Shown here: positions 1-10,425 of the stretch, piece after piece | How positions within the stretch are numbered: position 1 is the first letter of the stretch | How the letters are laid out: every line of letters starts with the position of its first letter | DNA from: Spirochaetia bacterium | Lineage (GTDB): Bacteria; Spirochaetota; Spirochaetia; CADAEX01 | Length of the DNA stretch: 64,000 bases | Direction of reading: 5' to 3' | Assembly: GCA_963662795.1 (NCBI GenBank) | Contig: OY759746.1 | Location: forward strand, 1,824,001 to 1,888,000 | Made by a program: the position numbers and the translations under genes | The notes under the pieces: generated by a model | Database searches by the model: none | What the model was told of the DNA's origin: nothing | Seen by the model: the letters and a program-made list of their open reading frames with translations, nothing else

Positions 1-289
1 TCCGGTTTATATAGACGGTTCATTTGATGATTTTCTTCTCTCTGACAATATTACAACAGAATCATTTACCTTCGGCAGCGGGGGAAAGGCGCCGGTTATT
101 ACCGGAAAAATGATGGGTTATGATGTTGATACCGGCAAACTGGGGAAGGGCATTGTCCTTATTTGATTTGCTTTTCCACCGGCCCTGCGGGTACGCGGAC
201 ACTGCCACAATTGTCAGATTTATAAAATTATTTTTAAAAAAGTTTATGGGTCCTGATGCCGATAGTGAAACAGGAGAACCTGAAGCCTG

Positions 290-2179
290 ATGTCGAAAAG
301 CAATGCAGTAAAGAGAATTCGAAAGAAAGCCAATCCTCTTAAAAATGCATTACCGCAGGAAGTGTACAATGAAGTAAGCTGTTTAAATATCAAAGCCGTA
401 TATGAATATGTAAAGAACAGGATCCCCAAAAAAGCAAATCTTGTATTCAGGGATTTACCTGGAGTTTATGCCAAGATCAAAAACCCAGTTGAGGTGCTGA
501 CTGATGAGAACAACTGGGTTTCAAACAAGGTTACGGTAAAGATATTTCAAAACGCTAAAGAGATACTCGGGGATGAAAATGCCCCTTACTCTATTGGACT
601 GGAATCGATTACACGCAAACATTTCGGCTATATACAAAAAATATTTTTACATGCGTTCGGGGGGCCTTTAGGTATACTAAAGAGGATTAACCATATAAAC
701 AGCCAGTTTAATACAAACAAGGTTGTGGAGACGGTTTACACTTCTACACGGCATGCTGTTGTAAGGCTCCACTGGAAGGAAAACAGGGGAATAACAAGCG
801 ATATCTGCGCTTTTAACCGGGGGATATATTCTGCTATTCCTACCCTCTGGAAGCTCCCTCCCGCAGAGGTTGAAGAGCCTTACTGTTTTTTTAAGGGAGA
901 CCCCTACTGCCAGTTCAATATCCACTTTCAGCACGGAACACATAATATATACAGCCTGTTCAATCACTTCCAGACACGTAAAAGCCAGCTGCTTTCAGCG
1001 CTTGAACAGATTGAAAGCGACAAGCTGGTACTGAAGAAAAAATATGATGAGGTAAACCGTCTCAATGATGAGCTGGCTGATGAGGTTGACAAGCTTAAAG
1101 CCATAAACGTTGCGTCAAATATGCTTGTTTCCCAGGACAATACCGAGGAGATCCTGAAAGCGACAATGAAATCCATGAGCGAGGTTCTTAAATACGACAG
1201 GGCAATTATTATGCTTACTGATAAATCTGAAAAGTTTCTTGATTTTAAATACGCATTCGGAGAAGATCCGCTTTTTATCAAAAAATATCTGCAAAATTAT
1301 AAAATACCAATGGACAGGGAAAATAATATAATTGCCAGGGCAGCCAGACTGGGCCGTCCAATACATATTGCTGATCCGGGCAAGGCAGGCCTCCGCAGGG
1401 GCAATCTTATCCTGAGTAATTTTAATGTTTCCTCTTTTATTATTGCACCTCTTGTCGTGAATGATAAGGTAATAGGGGTAGTTGCCGCGGACCGGATCAG
1501 GGGCGACCAGAAAGTTACATCAAGAGACCTTGATGAACTTTCCATTTTTACCAACAACATTGCAGAGACTCTTCACAAGGCGCAGCTTAAGGAAGAGATT
1601 GAGAGCAGCTATCTGAATACTGTCAAAGCGCTTGTACAGGCAATTGAGGAGAAGGATGCCTATACCAGAGGCCACTCTGAACGGGTCGCCCTGATTTCAG
1701 TTCAGATCGGGGAAAAAATCGGACTTGAGGAAAAAGAGATTGAATACCTGCGTCACGGGTGTCTCCTTCACGATGTCGGTAAAATAGGGATTTCCGAAAG
1801 TATAGTCTGCAAAAATGCCGAACTCACTGATGAGGAGTATGATATTATAAAGCAGCATCCCATAAAGGGAGAAGAGATTGTAAGGCCAATCAGCTTTCTC
1901 CAGAATCACCTCTACCTTATCAGGAACCATCATGAATGGTACGATGGTTCGGGATATCCGGACGGTCTTTACGCTGAGGAAATCCCAATCGGGGCCCAGA
2001 TTGTAGGAGTCGCGGATGCCTATGATGCCATTACATCAACACGACCGTACAGAAGGGGCCTGCCTCCCGGAGAGGCCCTTGCCCGTATAAACAACTATAG
2101 CGGGATCCAGTTTTCTCCGCTTGTGGTAAATGCCTTCAGGGAAATATTCCCTTTCATAAAAGAAAACCTGATTAATTGA
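290..2179 (+). CDS. HD-GYP cyclic-dinucleotide phosphodiesterase with GAF domain and N-terminal V4R-like sensor region
   Basis: C-terminal YTRGHSERV...LHDVGKIG...HHEWYDGSGYP...ADAYDA motifs; central GAF-like segment; CFFKGDPYC V4R-like motif. Confidence 0.85.
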   Translation: MSKSNAVKRIRKKANPLKNALPQEVYNEVSCLNIKAVYEYVKNRIPKKANLVFRDLPGVYAKIKNPVEVLTDENNWVSNKVTVKIFQNAKEILGDENAPYSIGLESITRKHFGYIQKIFLHAFGGPLGILKRINHINSQFNTNKVVETVYTSTRHAVVRLHWKENRGITSDICAFNRGIYSAIPTLWKLPPAEVEEPYCFFKGDPYCQFNIHFQHGTHNIYSLFNHFQTRKSQLLSALEQIESDKLVLKKKYDEVNRLNDELADEVDKLKAINVASNMLVSQDNTEEILKATMKSMSEVLKYDRAIIMLTDKSEKFLDFKYAFGEDPLFIKKYLQNYKIPMDRENNIIARAARLGRPIHIADPGKAGLRRGNLILSNFNVSSFIIAPLVVNDKVIGVVAADRIRGDQKVTSRDLDELSIFTNNIAETLHKAQLKEEIESSYLNTVKALVQAIEEKDAYTRGHSERVALISVQIGEKIGLEEKEIEYLRHGCLLHDVGKIGISESIVCKNAELTDEEYDIIKQHPIKGEEIVRPISFLQNHLYLIRNHHEWYDGSGYPDGLYAEEIPIGAQIVGVADAYDAITSTRPYRRGLPPGEALARINNYSGIQFSPLVVNAFREIFPFIKENLIN

Positions 2180-2327
2180 TCAGCAAAGCCGTTTTATCCC
2201 GAATATTACAAAAAAGCTTGAAATATCAGACACTCCGTCAGACAATGTTAAAATACCCCATTTAAGGCGGAATTATTAAAATAATGCCATCCGGAATGGG
2301 TAAATATTTTATTCTGTGAGGTGTGAT

Positions 2328-3215
2328 ATGAAGGTAAATCTGTCAAATTTTTTTCAGGCAAAGTTTAATGTAATGCTTTTTAAGGTTCTTCCCTACTGCT
2401 GCAGTTATTCCTACATGCAATTAATCGGCCGTCTTTACTATCTTATTTTTCGCAGGGAAAAGCACATAATTGAAAAGAACGTACAGGACCTGCTTAAGGA
2501 TAAACCTGCCTCCTATGTCAGGCAGAAAACAAAACTGGCTTTCAGGGGTATTTTTGACCACTACTTCGAGAAAATGTATTCTGCCTTTAAAAGCATGGAT
2601 GATATCAGCAGCCTTGTGGAGAAACGGTTCAGTATTGAAAATGAACAGATTCTTAAAGACGCATTTGCCATGGAGAAGGGCGTAATCCTTGTTACCGCGC
2701 ATTGGGGAGCGGTTGAGTTTATCCCCTGGGTGATGGCTTTAAGGGGTTATCCGATAAGCGTAATTCTTGAATGCCGGACAGAGCATCTTGCTAGGTCACT
2801 GCAGAAAAAGACCGAACATCTTGACGCGGACCTTATCACCTCATCTTCCTGCGAATCTGTTTACGCGACAGCGCTTGAAAGCCTTCAGAAAAACCGGCTT
2901 CTGATGACGGAATGCGATGAAGTTGATAAATGGCGGATAAAAAGCAACCGCACAATGGAACTTTTCGGACATAAGCTCTATTTTGACAATACTCTCGATG
3001 TCATGGCCCAGCGCTCAGGCGCTCCTGTTGTGGGTGTGTTCCTTAAACGGACAGGGAAAGGCAAATTTACCCTTATCTGTGAAATGATAAGCAGCGGACA
3101 GAGGGGAGAAAATACTGCGGCAAGATCATTTGAGCTGCTTCAGAAATATGTTTACCAGGCCCCGGAACAGTGGTACCAGTGGAAAAAATGGCAGGCAATG
3201 AAAGCTGTATCGTAA
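2328..3215 (+). CDS. LpxL/HtrB-like lysophospholipid/lipid A acyltransferase family protein
   Basis: GVILVTAHWGAVE motif and C-terminal PEQWYQW; ATG at 2328 after GAGG. Confidence 0.8.
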   Translation: MKVNLSNFFQAKFNVMLFKVLPYCCSYSYMQLIGRLYYLIFRREKHIIEKNVQDLLKDKPASYVRQKTKLAFRGIFDHYFEKMYSAFKSMDDISSLVEKRFSIENEQILKDAFAMEKGVILVTAHWGAVEFIPWVMALRGYPISVILECRTEHLARSLQKKTEHLDADLITSSSCESVYATALESLQKNRLLMTECDEVDKWRIKSNRTMELFGHKLYFDNTLDVMAQRSGAPVVGVFLKRTGKGKFTLICEMISSGQRGENTAARSFELLQKYVYQAPEQWYQWKKWQAMKAVS

Positions 3216-3646
3216 GTTGTAAACCGGCGCAGTCCGGCTGACCTCCAGGATGATGAGGGAAAAAACAGGAGCATAAAAACGGCAAAAACAGAAGTGTAAC
3301 AGAAAAAGTTTATTACTCAAAACATCGGACCGGAAAAAAGGTCAGCGGCGGATTTTTATATAATCAGGGCTCCCTTCCGTTCAGCTTTATCTCTTTTTTG
3401 CAATCGGGATTTTTACGGGAAAGAAGCGGCCGCCTGGCTGAATTGGCTGTTTTTCGCATATTATTGAGTGTTTTATTTCATTTTAATAAAAAAATATGGA
3501 AAATATTGAATTAAACTGCTAAAAATATTCCTCTTTATTGAATTTAATGCTATTTATCACCAATTTATTGACTTATTTTTCAGGCATGCTATATAATGTA
3601 AATGACTGCATTGTTAATTTTAAACAATTTTTACAGGAGCAAGTTC

Positions 3647-3874
3647 TTGTTAAAAGGTAAACCTTTAATTAACCAGGAACGGTGCAAAGGGTGCCGCCTG
3701 TGTATCGGAGTATGTCCGAAGAATATTCTTGAAATGTCGGAAGAGACGAACAGACTTGGTGTTCATTTCCCTGTCTGTACTGATGAAAATGAATGCATCG
3801 CCTGCGCGTTCTGCGCGACAATGTGTCCGGACATAGCAATAGAGATAATCAAATTCACACCGGAGAGAGAATAA
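3647..3874 (+). CDS. 2x[4Fe-4S] ferredoxin (delta subunit of 2-oxoacid:ferredoxin oxidoreductase)
   Basis: CKGCRLCIGVCP and CIACAFCATMCP; TTG start after AGGAG. Confidence 0.85.
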   Translation: MLKGKPLINQERCKGCRLCIGVCPKNILEMSEETNRLGVHFPVCTDENECIACAFCATMCPDIAIEIIKFTPERE

Positions 3875-3876
3875 TA

Positions 3877-4926
3877 ATGAATAAAAGAGTTCTCATGAAG
3901 GGTAATGAAGCTGTAGGTGAAGCTGCGGTTCTTGCCGGATGCAGATATTATTTTGCCTATCCAATTACACCGCAGAATGAAATACCTGCATACATGTCAA
4001 AAAGGCTGCCCGAAGTGGGCGGTACATTTCTCCAGGCTGAAAGCGAAATTGCGGCTATAAGCATGGTGATGGGAGCTTCCGCGGCAGGCGCGAGGGCAAT
4101 GACTTCATCCTCATCCCCCGGGATTGCCTTAAAGCAGGAAGGGATATCATACCTCTCGGGAGCGCAGCTTCCGGCAGTTGTGGTAAACATGATGAGGGGA
4201 GGCCCGGGGCTCGGCAACATAGCCGGGGCGCAGGGCGATTACTATCAGGCGACCCGCGGCGGCGGAAACGGCGATTACAGGACGATAGTCCTTGCTCCGG
4301 GTAACGTTCAGGAGCTGGCCGATTATACAATCAGGGCATTTGAGCTTGCCGATAAATACAGGGTCGTAACCCTTATCCTCGGCGACGGATATCTGGGGCA
4401 GATGTCGGAACCGCTTGTCCTGCCTGAAGAGGTTAAGAAGGTCCCTGTGAAGCCATGGGCCCTCACAGGCGCCAAAGACCGCGATCCCCATACAATAGCC
4501 TCATTAAGACTATACCCCGACAACTACCTTGAAAAACACAATATTGAGCTTGAGAGGATCTATACTGAAATAAAAAAGAATGAAGTGCTTTTTGAATCGT
4601 TTATGACAGATGACGCCGATTTTGTTCTTGCCGCGTACGGAACATCCTCAAGGGTATGCAAAAAAGCCGTAAGAATACTGAGGAAAAGCGGGATAAAAGC
4701 CGGTCTTTTCCGGCCGATAACGCTCTGGCCTTTCCCTTCGGAAGAACTGGCTGCCCTCGGAAAAAGAGTAAAAAAAATACTTACCGTCGAAATGAGCATG
4801 GGGCAGATGGTGGACGATGTCAACTTGAGCGCGGGCCGCTTTACCGATGTTGATTTTTACGGCCGGGCAGGGGGCATGATTCCCGAAGCGGAAAAAATTG
4901 TTGAAAGGATAAAAAGCTATGTCTGA
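3877..4926 (+). CDS. vorB: 2-oxoacid:ferredoxin oxidoreductase alpha subunit (VorB-like)
   Basis: MKGNEA, YPITPQNE, QAESEIAA, TSSSSPG motifs. Confidence 0.85.
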   Translation: MNKRVLMKGNEAVGEAAVLAGCRYYFAYPITPQNEIPAYMSKRLPEVGGTFLQAESEIAAISMVMGASAAGARAMTSSSSPGIALKQEGISYLSGAQLPAVVVNMMRGGPGLGNIAGAQGDYYQATRGGGNGDYRTIVLAPGNVQELADYTIRAFELADKYRVVTLILGDGYLGQMSEPLVLPEEVKKVPVKPWALTGAKDRDPHTIASLRLYPDNYLEKHNIELERIYTEIKKNEVLFESFMTDDADFVLAAYGTSSRVCKKAVRILRKSGIKAGLFRPITLWPFPSEELAALGKRVKKILTVEMSMGQMVDDVNLSAGRFTDVDFYGRAGGMIPEAEKIVERIKSYV

Positions 4927-5674
4927 AAAAATATATGAATATCCCAAATCCATTAACGATGTGCCGACTCATTACTGCGCGGGATGCGGGCATGGTATTA
5001 TTCACAAGCTTCTTGCCCAGTGCCTTGATGAGCTTGATATCGCAGGCGAAACACTGCTTGTCGCGCCGGTAGGCTGCTCTGTTCTTGCGTACAATTACCT
5101 GAAGGTCGACGGTCTTGAGGCTGCCCATGGCAGGGCTCCCGCCGTCGCGACCGGGCTTAAAAGGGTGCACAGTGACAAGATGGTAATTTCATACCAGGGC
5201 GACGGCGACCTTCTTGCTATCGGGACTGCCGAGACAATCCATGCCGCAAACCGCGGAGAGAAGATAACAATCATTTTTGTGAACAACGCGATATACGGGA
5301 TGACAGGAGGGCAGATGGCCCCTACCTCACTTGAAAATCAGGTAACAATGACAAGCCCGCACGGCCGTAATGTTAATGAGGTCGGGTACCCGATCAGGGC
5401 GTGCGAACTTATCAATACACTTGAAAAACCCTATTATATTGAAAGATGCAGCGTTCACGATGTGAAGAGCATAAATAAAACAAAAAAAGCGATAAAAAAA
5501 GCTCTCACCTGTCAGAAGGAGGGGCTTGGCTATTCATTTGTTGAAATACTTTCAACATGCCCGACAAACTGGGGAATGGAGCCTGTAAAGGCTGTTGAAT
5601 GGCTTAAAAATTCGATGATACCGTACTATCCGCTTAAGGTATTCAGGGATAAAGGGGTAAAGACAGATGCATAA
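4919..5674 (+). CDS. 2-oxoacid:ferredoxin oxidoreductase beta (TPP-binding) subunit
   Basis: YCAGCGH, PVGCS, QGDGD...NN, YGMTGGQ, CPTNW. Confidence 0.9.
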   Translation: MSEKIYEYPKSINDVPTHYCAGCGHGIIHKLLAQCLDELDIAGETLLVAPVGCSVLAYNYLKVDGLEAAHGRAPAVATGLKRVHSDKMVISYQGDGDLLAIGTAETIHAANRGEKITIIFVNNAIYGMTGGQMAPTSLENQVTMTSPHGRNVNEVGYPIRACELINTLEKPYYIERCSVHDVKSINKTKKAIKKALTCQKEGLGYSFVEILSTCPTNWGMEPVKAVEWLKNSMIPYYPLKVFRDKGVKTDA

Positions 5675-6200
5675 CGAAATTATCTTTGCCGGATTCGGCG
5701 GGCAGGGTGTAATCCTTGCCGGAAAAATACTGAGCATTGCGGCAATGATGGAGGGAAAATATGTTTCGCACATCCCCTCATACGGCGCTGAAATGAGGGG
5801 CGGAACAGCAAACTGCAGCGTTGTAATATCCGACGATGAGGTGGCATCTCCTGTTATTGAGCATCCGGACATATGCGTAGTCTTAAACGCTCCGTCCCTT
5901 GCGAAATTCGAGCCGAGAATGAAAAAAGGGGGGCTGATGATATACAACAGCTCACTTATTAATCTCAAGGCATCAAGAAATGATATTGAATACCTCTCTG
6001 TTGATGCAAACGGTCTTGCGGAAAAGCACGGCTCTGCCCGCGGTGTAAACATGGCGGCGCTCGGAGTGCTTATTAAAAAAATGCCTCAGCTTGCTTCCCT
6101 GAAATCCCTGGAAGAAGCTCTTGATCATGCTGTATCGGCGCGAAACAGGAAACACAATGCAGTCAATGTCGAAATTATAAAGGAAGCATATGATATATGA
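5667..6200 (+). CDS. 2-oxoacid:ferredoxin oxidoreductase gamma subunit
   Basis: AGFGGQG and PSYGAEMRGG motifs. Confidence 0.9.
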   Translation: MHNEIIFAGFGGQGVILAGKILSIAAMMEGKYVSHIPSYGAEMRGGTANCSVVISDDEVASPVIEHPDICVVLNAPSLAKFEPRMKKGGLMIYNSSLINLKASRNDIEYLSVDANGLAEKHGSARGVNMAALGVLIKKMPQLASLKSLEEALDHAVSARNRKHNAVNVEIIKEAYDI

Positions 6201-6285
6201 TTCCGGCCTTACGCCTTTATTGAAATTGCTATAGTCCCTCAGGGTACTGGCGTATATAAAAAACATATTGTTAAGTAGATATTGA

Positions 6286-7293
6286 TCAGTGTAAAAAGTA
6301 TTTTAACCAGCGATCTGATTTAAGAACTTCCGGATTTGCAATGTTGTCAGGAAGCTTTTTGCTGTAAACAGTCTTAATCCTTTCAGCGCTGGATGTTGCC
6401 ATTCTTATTACGCATTCTGAAGTAAGGGCTGCGGTGTGGGGGGTGAGTATTACATTCCAAAGACTCAGGAGTCTGTTGTCTTTCTCAGGCGGTTCACTTT
6501 CAAAAACATCAAGACCTGCACCTCTGATGATTCCGTTTTCAAGAGCTTTAATAAGGTCTTTTTCGTTTATTGTTCCTCCGCGGGAAGTATTTATGATAAA
6601 TGATGATTTTTTCATAAGCTTGAGCTTTTCATAATCTATAAGGTTTTTGGTTTCAGCTGTCAGAGGAATGTGTACCGATACAAAATCCGATTCAGAAAGA
6701 ATAAAATCAAGTGTCCTGAAGTCAACCCATTCAGAGTATTTTTCCTTTATGTTCCGGGGAAGATAGTCATCATGGGCAACTATCCTCATGTCAAAGGCTG
6801 ATTTGCACATCCTTGCAAGTTCAGCGCCTATCCTGCCGAATCCGACAACACCGAGTGTTTTTCCCCTGATGTCTGACGGGAGGTTTTTATAACGTATTTT
6901 GAAGTTGTTTTTTCTTACCTCGCTGTCAAGAAGGGAAAACTGTTTTGAAAGGGCAAGGATGAAAGCAAGCCCGTGCTCTGCAACAGAAGTCATGTTCACC
7001 CCAAGGCTTGATGTTACAAGAACACCCTTTTCTGTACATGCTGCAAGGTCAACATTGTCAACCCCGCCTCCTGTCCTGCTTATTGTATAAAGCTCTTCGC
7101 AGTCTTCAAGAAGTTCTTTTGTTATTTTAATCCCTGTCCTTAGTGAAATAGCATTTGCATTCTTCATGAGGGGCTTTACAGCATCAAAGGTGCATTCAGG
7201 TGAAACAGTTATTTTAAAATTACTTTCTTTGAGAACCTCAACAGCTTCATCTTCAATCATTTGCGGAAGCAGTACGTTCCATTTATTTTCCAT
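6286..7293 (-). CDS. D-isomer-specific 2-hydroxyacid dehydrogenase (SerA-like)
   Basis: GVVGFGRIG, INTSRG, GAGLDVFESEP, TPHTA. Confidence 0.9.
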   Translation of the reverse strand: MENKWNVLLPQMIEDEAVEVLKESNFKITVSPECTFDAVKPLMKNANAISLRTGIKITKELLEDCEELYTISRTGGGVDNVDLAACTEKGVLVTSSLGVNMTSVAEHGLAFILALSKQFSLLDSEVRKNNFKIRYKNLPSDIRGKTLGVVGFGRIGAELARMCKSAFDMRIVAHDDYLPRNIKEKYSEWVDFRTLDFILSESDFVSVHIPLTAETKNLIDYEKLKLMKKSSFIINTSRGGTINEKDLIKALENGIIRGAGLDVFESEPPEKDNRLLSLWNVILTPHTAALTSECVIRMATSSAERIKTVYSKKLPDNIANPEVLKSDRWLKYFLH

Positions 7294-7315
7294 AAAAATT
7301 TCCTCTTAATTTTGT

Positions 7316-8242
7316 TCAGGAGATAAAACCGCTTTCCTTAAGGTCTTTTTCAAGATTCATTTTCTGTTCAAGTGTCAGATATTTTAAAGGTCTTCTGGGA
7401 TTTCCACCTGAAAAACCTGCAAGGTCCATTGCGTACTTTACCCCTGCAACACCGTATGAACCTGATACCTTCTTGTTGAGTGAGACAAGATCGTCCCTGA
7501 GTTTCACTGCTTTTTCCTTTTCACCTGTTGCATAAAGTGTGTAAAGGTCAGCACATGCGTCAGGAAAAACATTTGCAAGAGAGAGAACGCCTCCTGTCCC
7601 TCCTGCTTCAAGAAGATCAAAAAAGTATCCTGCAGACCCTGCCAGAACAGAAAAGGCACTGTTGTCAGCTTTTACAATTTCCGGCCACGTGTCTTTTGAG
7701 CTGTCTTTGATCCCTGCAACCATCGGATGCTCCTTTACCCTTTCTATGACATCGTTTTTGATTGTAACCCCTGCAGCAACGGAAGGATTATTGTAAAGGA
7801 CAACAGGGATCTCTGAATTGTCTGCAACTTCAAGGATGTGCTGAACCATTATATCGGAATCCATTTTTTTTGCAAAAAAGTTCGGCATTAAAAGACTGGC
7901 CATGGCAGCGCCCATATCAGCCGCTCTTTTTGTCATCTGAATGCTCTCATAAGTACTTTCGCATCCTGTTCCTGCCATGACAACCTTATCCTTTGAAGAA
8001 TATTTGAGAACAGTTTCAAGTACTTTGAATTTCTCGCTTTCTGTCAGTGATTTGAATTCGCCATTTGTGCCGAGAACAAAATATCCTTTAAGGCCCGACT
8101 GGTTCATTTTCTCAATATTCTTTCTAAGCCCATCATAATCAGGTTTATCATCGGTGAATGGGGTACACATAGGTGAAAAAACACCTGATAATAATTTTTT
8201 TGGATTATCCAATATTTTCTCCTTTTTATATTTGTCAGACAA
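7316..8242 (-). CDS. Dihydrodipicolinate synthase/N-acetylneuraminate lyase family aldolase
   Basis: GTNGE, LYNNP, GIKDSS Schiff-base lysine motif. Confidence 0.9.
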   Translation of the reverse strand: MSDKYKKEKILDNPKKLLSGVFSPMCTPFTDDKPDYDGLRKNIEKMNQSGLKGYFVLGTNGEFKSLTESEKFKVLETVLKYSSKDKVVMAGTGCESTYESIQMTKRAADMGAAMASLLMPNFFAKKMDSDIMVQHILEVADNSEIPVVLYNNPSVAAGVTIKNDVIERVKEHPMVAGIKDSSKDTWPEIVKADNSAFSVLAGSAGYFFDLLEAGGTGGVLSLANVFPDACADLYTLYATGEKEKAVKLRDDLVSLNKKVSGSYGVAGVKYAMDLAGFSGGNPRRPLKYLTLEQKMNLEKDLKESGFIS

Positions 8243-8245
8243 TAT

Positions 8246-8947
8246 TTACAGCCCCAATGCGTTCAGATCTTCTTCTGCGTTTCTCAAGTGCTGACGCATC
8301 TCCTTTTCTGCAAGGTCAGGGTCATGTTTTTTCAGTGCAAGAAAAATTCTTCTGTGAGCATCACTGGCCCTTTTTATACCACCGGATTTTAATGTTGCTT
8401 CTCTGGATTCGCTTATAAGCTCTGTAACGGATGAGAGCATTATTTCAAAAACAAAACTATCTATTGATTTAAGGATTTTGTTGTGAAACTCAGTATCCTT
8501 TTTAACATAATAATCAAGAGGACGGTTTTCAATTTCCATTAAACTGATAATTTCTTCTATTTCATAAAGCTGCTCTTCAGTTATTTTTCCAGCAGCAATC
8601 CTCGCTATTTTGCATTCAAGCGCCTCGCGTGCGCTTATAAGGTCGAATAGTGACTTCTTGCTGTTTCTTTTAAGTGTAAGACTTATCATGTTTACAGCAT
8701 GCGATGCTGAAGGATAGGCAACAGTAGGTTTTTTACCCTGATTTATTTCAATAAGCCCCTGTGTTTGTGCCACACGTAAAGCTTCCCTCAGGCTGAATCT
8801 GCTTACACCCAGTTTTTCTGAAAATTCTTTTTCCGAAGGCAATTCATCTCCTGATTTTAACTCACCCTCAAAGATGTACTCGTGTATTACAGAAAGAATT
8901 TGCTCTATTTTGTCGTTACTGTTTATTTTTTTTATTGACTTAGCCAT
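8246..8947 (-). CDS. GntR/FadR-family transcriptional regulator
   Basis: LPSEKEFSEKLGVSRFSLREAL HTH plus FCD-like C-terminus. Confidence 0.9.
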   Translation of the reverse strand: MAKSIKKINSNDKIEQILSVIHEYIFEGELKSGDELPSEKEFSEKLGVSRFSLREALRVAQTQGLIEINQGKKPTVAYPSASHAVNMISLTLKRNSKKSLFDLISAREALECKIARIAAGKITEEQLYEIEEIISLMEIENRPLDYYVKKDTEFHNKILKSIDSFVFEIMLSSVTELISESREATLKSGGIKRASDAHRRIFLALKKHDPDLAEKEMRQHLRNAEEDLNALGL

Positions 8948-9065
8948 AAACCCATGATACCCTTTTTTCTACATGGTGTCAATATATGTTTTTAACATAT
9001 TATAATATGTAGATATGTTAAAAATAATGTAGATATCAAATATGTTGTAGGAATATTAACTTAAA

Positions 9066-10424
9066 ATGAGCAGAAAAAAAATACTGGCAGTAGACATAGG
9101 TACCCAGTCGTTAAAGGCATCAGTAATAGACGACAATCTTATTACTATGGAAAGAAGTAAAATAGCGTACAATCCGGTTACACACTCGGGCAACTGTGTT
9201 GAAATAGATATTCATATTCTCTGGAAAGCTTTTTTGGGCGCATGTGAAAATCTCAAAAACAGGGATATCGAAGGGATTACCTTCTCAACTCTCTGCCCTT
9301 CACTTTTACTGATGGATGAAAACGGATATCCGCTTTCTCCTGTTCTTCTGCATCTTGACAGGAGAAGTCAGAAGCAGTCTGACTGGATCATTGAAAATAT
9401 AGGGCTTGTAAAATTCCGTTCAATAACCGGGAATCCTCCAATATCAGGCGGGATATCTGTTACCAGTATGCTCTGGATAAAAGAAAATTGTAATGAAGGA
9501 CTTCCTGAAAAATCTGTATTCGGTCATGTAATAACCTATTTTATGAAAAAGCTTACAGGAAAATTTCTGATTGACCCCTCCAATGCATCTTTTACAGGTC
9601 TTTATGAAACACTTGAATATTCGAACTGGAGCAGTGAGCTCCTTGAAAAGACCGGTATAGACCGCAAGCACTTGCCTGATCTTCTGGATTCTGCTTCTGT
9701 TGCAGGATTCCTTGATCAGGAAATGGCAAAAAAGACCGGTTTTAAAATTGGGACTCCTGTAGTTATTGGTGCCAATGATACAACCTGTGCAGTTGCAGGT
9801 GCCGGAGTGGATGAGGCAGGTATGCTTTTAAATACGACAGGTACGGTTGAAATACTTGCCATGTGCTCTGATAAACCAGTTACAGGTGAAAATCATCTTA
9901 TAAGGACTCATGCCTACAGAGACAGGTGGCTTCTTATGAGGACTCTCGGCGCAGGTGGAGCTTCCATGGAATGGTTCAGGAAGAATTTCTGCAGGGATTT
10001 AAGCAGGGAATATTTTTATAATGAATACCTTCCTTCAGTTCTTGAAAAGAACAATTGCAGTGGACTTGTATTTGAACCATATCTTACCGGAGACAGACAC
10101 AGGCTGGAGAAATTAACTGCATCTTTTAAAAACATAACCCTCGATTCAACACGGGAGGATTTTTTCCATGCACTTGTTTTAGGCAATGTCAGTTATATCA
10201 TGGGGATACTGGATGAATGGAAAAATATCTGTGAACTTGACGAAACAATATTTCATGTCGGCGGCGGTGCGGGAAACGCATATACAGAATACAAACAAAG
10301 GATAATGAAGGATTTTAAGTTTGTGAATATCGGAGAGACTGCGGAGAAAGGGGCCGCAGTGATTGGTTTTAAAGCTCTTGGAATTGAAACTGAGAAAATG
10401 AAAAAGATTAGAATAGGAGTTTAA
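9066..10424 (+). CDS. FGGY-family carbohydrate kinase
   Basis: AVDIGTQSLKA, DPSNAS.TGL, GANDT, PYLTGDR. Confidence 0.85.
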   Translation: MSRKKILAVDIGTQSLKASVIDDNLITMERSKIAYNPVTHSGNCVEIDIHILWKAFLGACENLKNRDIEGITFSTLCPSLLLMDENGYPLSPVLLHLDRRSQKQSDWIIENIGLVKFRSITGNPPISGGISVTSMLWIKENCNEGLPEKSVFGHVITYFMKKLTGKFLIDPSNASFTGLYETLEYSNWSSELLEKTGIDRKHLPDLLDSASVAGFLDQEMAKKTGFKIGTPVVIGANDTTCAVAGAGVDEAGMLLNTTGTVEILAMCSDKPVTGENHLIRTHAYRDRWLLMRTLGAGGASMEWFRKNFCRDLSREYFYNEYLPSVLEKNNCSGLVFEPYLTGDRHRLEKLTASFKNITLDSTREDFFHALVLGNVSYIMGILDEWKNICELDETIFHVGGGAGNAYTEYKQRIMKDFKFVNIGETAEKGAAVIGFKALGIETEKMKKIRIGV

Positions 10425-10425
10425 T

